DNA of 53,206 nt from an uncultured Candidatus Saccharibacteria bacterium (GCA_964520375.1 CAZFNQ010000001.1:5842-59047); one strand, 5' to 3'. Shown: positions 36,731 through 45,553, counted from the stretch's first letter. Notes: generated from the sequence alone by a model not told the origin. Numbers and translations: made by a program.

Positions 36731-37888
36731 ATGAAGTTTCGCTTTCATGTTATTAGTTTGCCACATACTCAAACAACAGCTGAGTATACGGCCTGTGCCT
36801 ACACCCAAAAGGTCATAAAGTTTTGCCGGATGATGAAATCGCTAGGGCACGAGGTATATCTGTATGCTTCAGAAGAAAATGAAGCGCCGTGCGATGAGCT
36901 TATTACCATTGTGACTAAAAAAGAACAACGTAAATGGTTTGGCGAATACGATTTCAAACAGCAATTCTTTAATATTGACTGGAACGAGACATTGCCGCAC
37001 TGGGTTATCCCAAATGCCCGCGCAATAACGGAGATTAAGAAGCGTGCAAAGGCGCGGGATTTTATTTGCATCATTGGCGGAGTTTGCCAAAAACAAATTT
37101 CCGATGGCCTGCCAGCCATGATGAGCGTGGAGTATGGCATTGGCTACTACGGCGTATACGCGCCGTATCGGGTCTACGAAAGCTACGCCCAGATGCACTA
37201 TGTCCACGGCCAGCTGCAAAACGATAATGGTCGGTCGTTTGACGCTGTCATACCCAACTATTTTGACCCTAAGGACTTTCCGTATAAAGCCAAAAAAGAT
37301 GACTTTTACCTATATATTGGCCGGATGATTAAGCGCAAAGGCCCGGACATGGCCGTAGAAGTCACCAGGCGGATTGGCGCCAAACTAGTTATGGCGGGCC
37401 AGGGCGTGAAAAAGATTGAAGGTAACAGGATTATTGCTGACGAGATAACTGTTGAGGGTGATCATATCAAACACATGGGACATGCTGATATTAAGCAGCG
37501 CGGACAGCTAATGAGCCGGGCTAAAGCCGTGTTTGTTATGTCCTATTATCTTGAACCGTTTGGTGGCACCTCAATTGAACCTTTATTTTGTGGCACACCG
37601 GTTATAACTAGCGATTGGGGCGCCTTCCCGGAGAATATCCCGCATGGGCTGGCCGGTTACCGGGCGCGCACCTTGGGAGAGGCTATCTGGGCCGCTCAGA
37701 ATGTCGATAAATTAAATCCCGCCAAAATCCGTAAATACGCTGTAGATAATTTCAGCCTAGATAGAGTGAAGTACTTGTACCAAGCCTACTTTGAGCAGCT
37801 CAACACCTTATGGGACGAAAACGGCTGGTACAGCAACTGGCACAGGGGTGTTTCTAAGTACCATCGCTACACCAGGTATTATCCCTAA
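36731..37888 (+). CDS. GT-B fold glycosyltransferase (GT4-like)
   Basis: The C-terminal motif EPFGGTSIEPLFCGTPVITSDWGAFPE fits the E(x7)E GT4/GT1 signature. Confidence 0.7.
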   Translation: MKFRFHVISLPHTQTTAEYTACAYTQKVIKFCRMMKSLGHEVYLYASEENEAPCDELITIVTKKEQRKWFGEYDFKQQFFNIDWNETLPHWVIPNARAITEIKKRAKARDFICIIGGVCQKQISDGLPAMMSVEYGIGYYGVYAPYRVYESYAQMHYVHGQLQNDNGRSFDAVIPNYFDPKDFPYKAKKDDFYLYIGRMIKRKGPDMAVEVTRRIGAKLVMAGQGVKKIEGNRIIADEITVEGDHIKHMGHADIKQRGQLMSRAKAVFVMSYYLEPFGGTSIEPLFCGTPVITSDWGAFPENIPHGLAGYRARTLGEAIWAAQNVDKLNPAKIRKYAVDNFSLDRVKYLYQAYFEQLNTLWDENGWYSNWHRGVSKYHRYTRYYP

Positions 37889-37942
37889 AATAAATAATGT
37901 AAAATAGCATCATGGCTAAACACAAACATTTAATCGTATCTT

Positions 37943-38575
37943 ATGCGTCATAGTAGCCGTATAAAACTTTTAATCCTACCATCGCTAATAAGCGGGGTGA
38001 CAACAGTGCTTTTGAGCGCTGCTGTACTGGGTACTGCGATTTATTCTTATTTATCTGGCAAGGGTATGGTTTATGAATACCTGTTTGGGCCAAATAGCTC
38101 AGCCGAACTTATCCGCCAATCAAGAGGAACTATTTCAGCTTTTAGCGACACCGTCTTTGGCAATCAAACGCTAACTAAGGTTTTATACTTTGCATTTTGG
38201 ATGATTGTTGGCCTGGTGGTTTACCTAATATTGCATACCTTAATAAAAGGCGCGTCCGTGGCGGCCGAGGATATACAAGAATCCACCTATAAAAATATAC
38301 GAGTCAGGGATATGCTGACAAATATTGGCACCCGCTTGGCAGTTAGACTGGCTGCTTTAACTGCCTGGATAGTTTACTGGGTATTTTTTATTAAAACCTT
38401 GCTGCCTCTGAGTGTCTTGTTGGCCCGGACCGGGACAACCGATCTATCTAGCCCGACGGGGTGGCTGTACGGAGTTTCAGGGTTGACTGTATTAGTATTG
38501 AGCATTCATGTACATCTGATATTTTTACGCCTAGTTGCGCTTCGTGCTAGGTTATTTGAAACTAGTGAAGTCTAA
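37943..38575 (+). CDS. Polytopic membrane protein, unknown function
   Basis: 210-aa ORF with ~4 hydrophobic helices. Confidence 0.5.
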   Translation: MRHSSRIKLLILPSLISGVTTVLLSAAVLGTAIYSYLSGKGMVYEYLFGPNSSAELIRQSRGTISAFSDTVFGNQTLTKVLYFAFWMIVGLVVYLILHTLIKGASVAAEDIQESTYKNIRVRDMLTNIGTRLAVRLAALTAWIVYWVFFIKTLLPLSVLLARTGTTDLSSPTGWLYGVSGLTVLVLSIHVHLIFLRLVALRARLFETSEV

Positions 38576-38658
38576 CAAGATTGCTTATAACCCCGCGGCA
38601 CCCAAGATAATACTATATTTTTAGATTTGTTATATAATAAGCGAAGTTAGCATAAGCA

Positions 38659-40044
38659 ATGTCAGATAATAATAACAAAGATTTATTTACCAAAACTATT
38701 GAGGCACCAGCCCAAGTGCTAGACAGTACCGTCGAGGAAGCTGGTAAGGTATTAAGAGCCATACCAACCGATCAAATGGTTAAAACTGCCAAAAAAACTG
38801 GCGAATACTGGTCTAATCTGGGTCCTGGTTTAACAACTGGTGCGTCAGACGATGATCCCTCCGGCATTGCTACTTACTCACAAGCTGGGGCCCAATATGG
38901 CTTTCGATTACTTTGGCTAGCACTTTTTACATTCCCACTTATGGCCATCGTGCAGGAGATGTGTGCCCGTATAGGCTTGGTTACAGGCCGTGGGTTAGCC
39001 GGTAACATTAGAACATTCTTTCCACGCAAGGTTTTATATATCTGCACTGTGTTACTATTCGCCGCCAATGCCTTTAACATTGGCGCCGATCTTGGTGCTA
39101 TGGCCAAAGGCGCCCAGCTGCTAAATCCAAAATTAAACTTTTCACTTTTAGTAATTGGCTTTGCGCTGACTAGTTTGATGCTCCAGATTTTTTCGCCTTA
39201 CGCACGCTATGCTAGGTATCTAAAGTATCTAGCGCTAGTATTATTGGCCTATGTTCTCTCAGCCCTACTGGCACATTTGGATTGGAGTCAGGTGCTCCAA
39301 CATGCTGTTATACCATCAGTGAGGTTCCATAAAGAGCAGTTGCTATTAATTTGTGCTATTTTAGGTACTACCATATCGCCATATCTTTTCTTTTGGCAAA
39401 CCTCCCAAGAAGTCGAAGAACAAGTAGAACTAGGTCAAACCTCAATTGCGTCGCGTAAAGGCGCCAGCAAACAAGATGTGAAGAAAATGAGAATAGATGT
39501 TTGGAGTGGCATGCTGCTGTCTAATATTGTGATGTTTTTTATTATTGCCGCCTGTGGTGCCATTTTGTTTAGCCACGGAATTACCAAAATAACCTCTGCT
39601 GCCCAAGCCGCTGAAGCCTTGCGGCCATTTGCCGGCAACGCTACCTACTTCTTATTCGCAGTCGGTATTATTGGTACCGGCTTGTTAGCCATACCGGTAT
39701 TGGCTGGTTCCAGTAGCTACGCTCTGGCAGAAAGCTTGGGCTGGCGCGGGGGTTTAAATCACAAGCTTAAACAAGCCCACGCTTTTTACGGCATCATTAT
39801 TATTTCCATGCTTATGGGGCTAGGCCTAAACTTTATTGGTCTGGACCCAATTAAAGCCCTTATTTACAGTGCTGTTGCCAACGGTCTGGTTGCACCGGTT
39901 GTACTGCTACTAATAGTCTTAATTAGCTCAAATCGGAAAGTCATGGGTGAGTGGGTGAATAAACGCAGCACTACTGTATTGGGATGGTCTGTAACCTTGC
40001 TGATGATATCCGCCGGTCTAGCGGCCATTTTTGCGCTAATCTAA
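38659..40044 (+). CDS. NRAMP-family transporter homologue with non-canonical metal-site motifs
   Basis: GPGLTTGASDDDPSGIATYSQAGAQYGF resembles the NRAMP TM1 region, with ~11 TM segments. The canonical DPGN and MPH motifs are replaced by DPSG and SPY. Confidence 0.75.
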   Translation: MSDNNNKDLFTKTIEAPAQVLDSTVEEAGKVLRAIPTDQMVKTAKKTGEYWSNLGPGLTTGASDDDPSGIATYSQAGAQYGFRLLWLALFTFPLMAIVQEMCARIGLVTGRGLAGNIRTFFPRKVLYICTVLLFAANAFNIGADLGAMAKGAQLLNPKLNFSLLVIGFALTSLMLQIFSPYARYARYLKYLALVLLAYVLSALLAHLDWSQVLQHAVIPSVRFHKEQLLLICAILGTTISPYLFFWQTSQEVEEQVELGQTSIASRKGASKQDVKKMRIDVWSGMLLSNIVMFFIIAACGAILFSHGITKITSAAQAAEALRPFAGNATYFLFAVGIIGTGLLAIPVLAGSSSYALAESLGWRGGLNHKLKQAHAFYGIIIISMLMGLGLNFIGLDPIKALIYSAVANGLVAPVVLLLIVLISSNRKVMGEWVNKRSTTVLGWSVTLLMISAGLAAIFALI

Positions 40045-40045
40045 T

Positions 40046-41278
40046 TTATTCATAGCGCAGAGCATCGATCGGATCTTTGCGGGCTGCTTTAGCAGCTGGG
40101 GCAATTCCAAATAGTATGCCTACTAAAACTGAGGCCAGGCAAGCAACCAGGACTATCGGCAAAGTAATAACTGGCTGTAAATGCGTAAATATACGAATAG
40201 CTATATTAGCCAAAATAGCGATCATAAGTCCGGTAATAGCTCCGACACCGCACAGCACTATAGCTTCAATTAAGAACTGCCCCAGAATTTGCTGGCTAGT
40301 GGCACCCAGAGCCTTACGAATGCCAACTTCACGAGTTCGTTCGGATACCGATACCAACATAATATTCATAATTCCTATACCGCCGACTACCAGTGAAATA
40401 GCAGCGATACCGGCAATAAAGCCGGTAAGAAGGTTTAGTATGTCGTTAGTAACTAATAAGTTTTCATCTTGCTTTAAGACAGTAAAGTCATCTTGTTGAC
40501 CATGTGCGCCTAATAGACCCCGATTAATAGCGGCAATAACTTGATCAGTCTTGTTAGCGTCCACTGGCTTAACTAGTACTTGAACTAACTGGCTATTACC
40601 GCCGGTAATTTTTTGGGCGACGTTGTAAGGAATAAATATAGCTTTGTTAAAATCTGGCCCAAGGGCAATAGGGGATGAATCAAACCTATCAAAGATACCG
40701 CGGACTATAAAATCCTGACCGTGTATATTTAAAGTCATACCTACCGGACCCTCCTCACCGAATAATTTTAGTGCCACATTGCGGCCAATTACAGCGGCTG
40801 GGGATTGGCTATCAACAGAAGTAAAGAAGGAACCATAAGTGATTTTTTGCTTTAAGATGTCCGGCAGATCCGGTCCGGTACCTATAATGTAGCCATCGTT
40901 GTACTGGTGTCCATCAACTTTGGCACCGCCGCTTATAAGGCTAATTGGAACCGTTGTTTTGACACCGGACGAGGCCAGGATGACCCCGAGATCATTAGCC
41001 GCTAAACTACCGCTGCTAAAGTTATAGCCATTAAGTGCGTTAACTTTAGTTATTCGCCCCTGAGCATCACGTTCGACAATTTTACCGGGTCTAATGGTTA
41101 TTAGATCACCGCCTAATCGGTTAATTTGACCCACGATCTGGTGTTTTATGCCTTCGCCCAGACTAACCGTAGTCACAACCGACACCACACCAATAATAAT
41201 GCCCAGCATAGTAAGCAGACTGCGCCATTTGCTAGCTCGCAGCGAGGCAACCGCCATCTTAACATTACCTTTGAACAT
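40046..41278 (-). CDS. MacB/FtsX-type ABC transporter permease
   Basis: N-terminal TM, a large extracytoplasmic domain, and C-terminal FtsX helices with GIMNIMLVSVSERTREVGIRKALGA. Confidence 0.88.
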   Translation of the reverse strand: MFKGNVKMAVASLRASKWRSLLTMLGIIIGVVSVVTTVSLGEGIKHQIVGQINRLGGDLITIRPGKIVERDAQGRITKVNALNGYNFSSGSLAANDLGVILASSGVKTTVPISLISGGAKVDGHQYNDGYIIGTGPDLPDILKQKITYGSFFTSVDSQSPAAVIGRNVALKLFGEEGPVGMTLNIHGQDFIVRGIFDRFDSSPIALGPDFNKAIFIPYNVAQKITGGNSQLVQVLVKPVDANKTDQVIAAINRGLLGAHGQQDDFTVLKQDENLLVTNDILNLLTGFIAGIAAISLVVGGIGIMNIMLVSVSERTREVGIRKALGATSQQILGQFLIEAIVLCGVGAITGLMIAILANIAIRIFTHLQPVITLPIVLVACLASVLVGILFGIAPAAKAARKDPIDALRYE

Positions 41279-42148
41279 TTACTTTTTTCTCCTGGGTTTG
41301 GTTTTTTTGCTGGCTTTTTTGCGGGTTTTGCGTCTTTTTGGGCTGGTAGCTGGTTTGTGCGGTAAGGCATGCATTAGGGCTGACACACCGGCAGCATCGT
41401 CGTCCTCAGTAGCCTTGCGCGGAAATAAATACATCACCCTGCGCGCTCGGCGGGGCACCTCGCCAATTGGTGTCTTTTCATCGTGAACAATATTGCCATC
41501 GTGCATATAAATTACGCGGCTGGCGAAGCGGGTCAATTCCGGATTATGGGTAACCATTAGTACGGTATTGCCAGATTGATGAACTTCGCTAAGGAGCTCC
41601 ATAACTACCAAGCTGGCACTACTGTCGAGGTTGCCGGTCGGCTCATCGGCAATAATAATGCTTGGATCATTAATTAGGGCCCGGGCAATGGCAGCCCGCT
41701 GAATTTGGCCGCCACTTAACTGCTTGGGCATAAAGTACTCACGGTCAGCCAGCCCGATTTGCTCCAGTATGACACTTGCTCGCTTAAGCCGCCTAACTGG
41801 TGTAATGCCACGGTAAGCCAGTGGCAGAGCAACATTTTCCACCACATTTAACTTTGGCAGTAGATTGTAATACTGAAATACAAAGCCTATCCTGTCGCGT
41901 CGGATTTTGGCTCGCTGGTTTGGCCGCAGCCGGGCAACCGAGCGACCACCTAGGCTATAGCTGCCGTGAGTGGGGTGATCAAGCAGGCCAATTACGTTCA
42001 TAAGTGTAGACTTACCCGAGCCGCTAGGACCCATGACAGCCACAAATTCACCTTGCTCTATGTCAATGTTAACTTCCTCAAGAGCGACCGTTGTGGCGTC
42101 GCCCCAGCCGTAAAGTTTACTGACATCTTTTAGGGATATTACCGGCAT
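41279..42148 (-). CDS. ABC transporter ATP-binding protein (MacB/LolD-like) with a ~70-aa Lys/Arg-rich C-terminal tail
   Basis: Walker A GPSGSGKST, Q-loop, signature LSGGQ and Walker B IIIADEPTG. I prefer the ATG at 42148 (MPVISLKDVSKLYG), because the longer ORF to 42283 covers a structured leader. Confidence 0.88.
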   Translation of the reverse strand: MPVISLKDVSKLYGWGDATTVALEEVNIDIEQGEFVAVMGPSGSGKSTLMNVIGLLDHPTHGSYSLGGRSVARLRPNQRAKIRRDRIGFVFQYYNLLPKLNVVENVALPLAYRGITPVRRLKRASVILEQIGLADREYFMPKQLSGGQIQRAAIARALINDPSIIIADEPTGNLDSSASLVVMELLSEVHQSGNTVLMVTHNPELTRFASRVIYMHDGNIVHDEKTPIGEVPRRARRVMYLFPRKATEDDDAAGVSALMHALPHKPATSPKRRKTRKKASKKTKPRRKK

Positions 42149-42211
42149 TTCTTTGCCTTGTTTTAAGTTTTTAGTGGCACATAAAACGCTTATGGCAATC
42201 AGTCGACTATA

Positions 42212-42280
42212 CAAAAGGTGCCCTCTGCCGGAACAGACTAACCCGCATTGGGTAATCTGACTGGCAAAAAACACCTTTTG
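42212..42280 (-). promoter_or_regulatory. 69-nt nested hairpin in the 5' leader of the ABC operon
   Basis: CAAAAGGTG (42212-42220) pairs with CACCTTTTG (42272-42280). Inner pairs are TGCCGG/CTGGCA and CAGA..ACCC/GGGT..TCTG, with loop GCATT, giving ~24 bp in total. Confidence 0.5.
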
Positions 42281-42413
42281 CACTCGCTTCTCGCGCTCAA
42301 ACCATATCTACAGATAAGGTAAACCCAGTGTACTCTTTAAATAACTTGCAGTGCAATATAAAAAGTGTAGTAATTTTGAGTATAATGTTTAAGTTGATGG
42401 ATAGTTCAAGCCA

Positions 42414-42504
42414 GGAGAGGTCGCATAGTTGGCCTAGTGCGCCGCCTTGGAAAGGCGGTATACCCGCAAGGGTATCGCGGGTTCGAATCCCGCCCTCTCC
42501 GCCA
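42414..42504 (+). tRNA. tRNA-Ser (anticodon GGA), long variable arm, CCA encoded
   Basis: Acceptor GGAGAGG/CCTCTCC, anticodon stem-loop CCGCC-TTGGAAA-GGCGG, variable arm TATACCCGCAAGGGTATC, T arm GCGGG-TTCGAAT-CCCGC, then G plus CCA. Confidence 0.9.
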
Positions 42505-42523
42505 AAAAGGTTATAATGGAATT

Positions 42524-43186
42524 ATGAAAGTTACGAAATATGAACATGCTTGCTTGGTGGTCGAGGAATCGCCCAGTTCCGCCCAGCCAAATCAGGACCG
42601 CTGTTTGGTAATTGATCCAGGAAATTATACTAAATCTCTACCGGCCTATCTAAACAATGTGTCAGCAATCGTGATAACTCACGTCCATGCTGATCATTTT
42701 GACCCGGAGAATTTAAAAAGATTAGTTGAACAAAATACTACAGCCGACATTTTTTGTACTGAAGAAGTCGCCAAGCAGCTAAGCCTTAAAAACGTCCAAA
42801 TTGTAACCGGTGGGAGTAGTGGTGAATCAGGTCCATTTCGTTTGTCCTTTTTCGGCGGACAGCACGCTCTTATCCATCCATCTTGGCCAGTTGCCCAAAA
42901 TGTCGGGGTAATGGTAAACAATAAATTATATTATCCAGGGGATTCATTTGTAGTTCCGGGTACAAAAGTGCAATTATTGGCACTGCCGGTCAGTGCGCCC
43001 TGGCTCAAACTGGCCGAAACTATGGATTTTCTGACGGCAATAAAACCAAGGCTGGCTTTTCCAACCCATAATGCACTTTTATCCAATATTGGCGAAGACC
43101 TAGTGGAGGGGATACTTAGTGGCAGCGCGCAGTCTTATAGCGGTCTATTGAAATCTTTGCCAGTTGGTCAATCGATAGAGATTTAG
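42524..43186 (+). CDS. MBL-fold metallo-hydrolase
   Basis: The HVHADH (HxHxDH) motif. The ATG at 42524 lies after the tRNA, whereas the listed 42437 start would overlap tRNA-Ser. Confidence 0.8.
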   Translation: MKVTKYEHACLVVEESPSSAQPNQDRCLVIDPGNYTKSLPAYLNNVSAIVITHVHADHFDPENLKRLVEQNTTADIFCTEEVAKQLSLKNVQIVTGGSSGESGPFRLSFFGGQHALIHPSWPVAQNVGVMVNNKLYYPGDSFVVPGTKVQLLALPVSAPWLKLAETMDFLTAIKPRLAFPTHNALLSNIGEDLVEGILSGSAQSYSGLLKSLPVGQSIEI

Positions 43187-43890
43187 CCCTTAATTAATGT
43201 ACCTACGGCTTTGCCGTTAATAATCTTGAGCAAATTGTCTTTTTCAAAGGCATTAAAAACAACTATCGGCATGTCATGTTCCATAGCCAACCCCAGAGCT
43301 GCCTTATCTATAATTTTAATCTCCGGGTTCTCAATGGCTTTTTGAAAATCTAGTCTATCAATTTTAGTAGCGCTACCATGCTTATGCGGATCGCGATTAT
43401 AGACACCATCTACCTTGGTAGCTTTTAGCATAGCTTGGCAGCTAAGCTCTAGGGCGACATTTACGGCGGCTGTATCGTGCGTAAAATAAGGCCGTCCGAT
43501 TCCGCCAGCGACAATTACCACCCGGCCATGTTCCAAATGCTTATTTGCTCGTCTGTATGAGTAGGCTTCGGCGACTTGGTCGGCAAAGATGTTACTTAGA
43601 CACCGCGTCGGGATTTTATTCTTTTCAAAAATATCGGTCATGGCCATAGAATTTATTAAACCACTCAGCATGCCCATTTGGTCGCCGGTTACCCGTCGGA
43701 TGCCTTTAGCGGCTATCTCAGCACCCCTAACCATATTGCCACCACCAACTATCATGACCAACTGACAACCAGCTGCTAGTACTTTTTTTACTTCTGCCGC
43801 CAAATAGGCAGCTGTCCCGGGATCAAAGCCACCCTCAAATTTACCAGATAATTGTTCACCTGAGAGTTTTAGTAACACCCGCTTATACAT
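43183..43890 (-). CDS. pyrH: UMP kinase
   Basis: YKRVLLKLSGE, VVGGGN and the amino-acid-kinase fold motifs. Confidence 0.92.
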   Translation of the reverse strand: MYKRVLLKLSGEQLSGKFEGGFDPGTAAYLAAEVKKVLAAGCQLVMIVGGGNMVRGAEIAAKGIRRVTGDQMGMLSGLINSMAMTDIFEKNKIPTRCLSNIFADQVAEAYSYRRANKHLEHGRVVIVAGGIGRPYFTHDTAAVNVALELSCQAMLKATKVDGVYNRDPHKHGSATKIDRLDFQKAIENPEIKIIDKAALGLAMEHDMPIVVFNAFEKDNLLKIINGKAVGTLIKG

Positions 43891-43937
43891 TGACAGCTAG
43901 TCTAGCAGATGTGGTTTGGTAACGCTATACTGATGTT

Positions 43938-44735
43938 ATGAGAATTTATTCGTGGAATGTGAATGGTATTCGGGCTGTCTGGAACAAAGGTATGTTTCAG
44001 GAATTTATCAAGAAAGAGCAGCCGGACATATTATGCCTGCAGGAAACCAAAGCGACGAGGGACCAATCAGAAGTCGACTTAGTAGATTACCAAGAATATT
44101 GGAATTCCGCCGAAAAGAAAGGTTATTCTGGGACAGCAATTTTTACCAAAATAAAACCGCTAAATATTATCAATGGATTGCCCGAAGACATAATTAAAAA
44201 ATACAAGGTAACCGGTGATATTTACGGTGATCCCAACAAAGAGGGCCGGGTCATAACGGCCGAGTTTGATAAATTCTACCTGGTAACTGTATATACGCCT
44301 AACGCTAAGGATGACTTGTCGCGCATCCCACTCCGTCACAAGCACTGGGACCCAGCCTTTTTAGAATATTGTAAACAGCTAGAGCAAAAAAAGGCAGTCA
44401 TCTTCTGTGGTGACCTGAATGTAGCTCATACGCCCGATGATTTGGCTCGACCTAAAGAAAACGAAGGCAAAAAAGGTTACACCAAGGAGGAGCGCGAAGG
44501 TTTCCAAAGCTTCGTTAAGGCCGGCTTTGTTGACACTTTCAGGCTATTCCAAACGGGAAATGGGCATTACACTTGGTGGACGCACTGGGCTAATGCCAGG
44601 GCGAGAAATGTTGGCTGGCGGATAGACTACTTTCTAGTTTCATCCAAGCTAAAAACCAAAGTCAAAGCTGCTGGTATCCATGCTAACGTCATGGGCTCCG
44701 ACCACTGTCCGATAAGCATTGACCTTGAGGTTTAA
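43938..44735 (+). CDS. xth: Exodeoxyribonuclease III (AP endonuclease)
   Basis: SWNVNG..., LCLQETK, GDLNVAH and the C-terminal SDHCPI. Confidence 0.92.
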   Translation: MRIYSWNVNGIRAVWNKGMFQEFIKKEQPDILCLQETKATRDQSEVDLVDYQEYWNSAEKKGYSGTAIFTKIKPLNIINGLPEDIIKKYKVTGDIYGDPNKEGRVITAEFDKFYLVTVYTPNAKDDLSRIPLRHKHWDPAFLEYCKQLEQKKAVIFCGDLNVAHTPDDLARPKENEGKKGYTKEEREGFQSFVKAGFVDTFRLFQTGNGHYTWWTHWANARARNVGWRIDYFLVSSKLKTKVKAAGIHANVMGSDHCPISIDLEV

Positions 44736-44737
44736 CA

Positions 44738-45553
44738 ATGGACTTGTCGCTCATCGCACCTGAGACTACTGATAAATTAGAGTTACCTGGCTTAGAGGAC
44801 ATACCGCAAAAAGACACAGATAAAATGACTAGCACAATAAAAGACAGACCATTTGCGGTTTTTGATATTGACGGCACATTAATACGCTGGCAGCTATACC
44901 ACGCCGTGGCTGATGCTTTAGCCCGACTCGGCTATTTTGACCCACGCGTTTTTAAAGGGGTGCAAGAAGCTCGAGCCTTGTGGAAACAACGATCACATGA
45001 TGAATCATTTAAAGATTATGAACATCGCCTAATAGTAGCTTACGACCAATTGTTGACTAAGCTTACAGTCAAGCAGTTTAATGAGGCAGCCGAGTCTGTT
45101 TTTAAAGAATATAAGGATCAGGCCTATACATACACCCGCGACCTAATAAAGCAACTAAAAAAGAAAAACTATCTTCTGTTCGCAATTTCCGGATCCCAAA
45201 CTGAGATAGTCGCTAAGATTGCTAACTATTATGGCTTTGATGATTTTATTGGCAGTAAGTATGAACGACGTGGTAATAGGTTTACTGGTAATAAGCAAAT
45301 CGCCAAAGGGACCAAACATTTGCTGCTTCAAGAATTAGTTAAAAAACACCAGGCTACGTACAGCGACAGTATTGCTGTTGGCGATAGCGAGGGCGATGTA
45401 TCTATGTTAGCTGCGGTCGAGCAGCCAATAGTCTTTAATCCCAATAAGATTTTGTTTAAGAAAGCTAAACAACGAGGCTGGCCAGTGGTAGTTGAGCGCA
45501 AAAATATGGTTTATAGATTTGAGCCTAAAAGTGGAACATACATACTGGTATAA
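44738..45553 (+). CDS. HAD-superfamily hydrolase (SerB/HAD-IB-like)
   Basis: Motif I FDIDGTL, motif II ISGS, and motif IV GDSEGD. Confidence 0.75.
   Translation: MDLSLIAPETTDKLELPGLEDIPQKDTDKMTSTIKDRPFAVFDIDGTLIRWQLYHAVADALARLGYFDPRVFKGVQEARALWKQRSHDESFKDYEHRLIVAYDQLLTKLTVKQFNEAAESVFKEYKDQAYTYTRDLIKQLKKKNYLLFAISGSQTEIVAKIANYYGFDDFIGSKYERRGNRFTGNKQIAKGTKHLLLQELVKKHQATYSDSIAVGDSEGDVSMLAAVEQPIVFNPNKILFKKAKQRGWPVVVERKNMVYRFEPKSGTYILV

Noticed and set aside
27588-37888. An intact prophage or tailocin.
   Set aside because: Only fibre-like genes are present. I see no capsid, portal, terminase, sheath/tube, baseplate, tape-measure, holin/lysin or integrase genes and no att-like repeats, and the flanking genes are housekeeping. 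A domesticated fragment remains possible and is listed as a finding.
42149-42283. The N-terminal 45-aa extension of the ABC ATPase ORF (start at 42283).
   Set aside because: The extension (MQKVFFASQITQCGLVCSG...) is unlike any ABC ATPase N-terminus and covers a strongly base-paired 69-nt hairpin. The canonical MPVISLKDV start follows at 42148.
42328-42523. The ORF at 42328-42516 and the 5' extension of the MBL hydrolase ORF (42437-42523).
   Set aside because: Both overlap tRNA-Ser(GGA) at 42414-42504. The MBL gene has a clean ATG at 42524.
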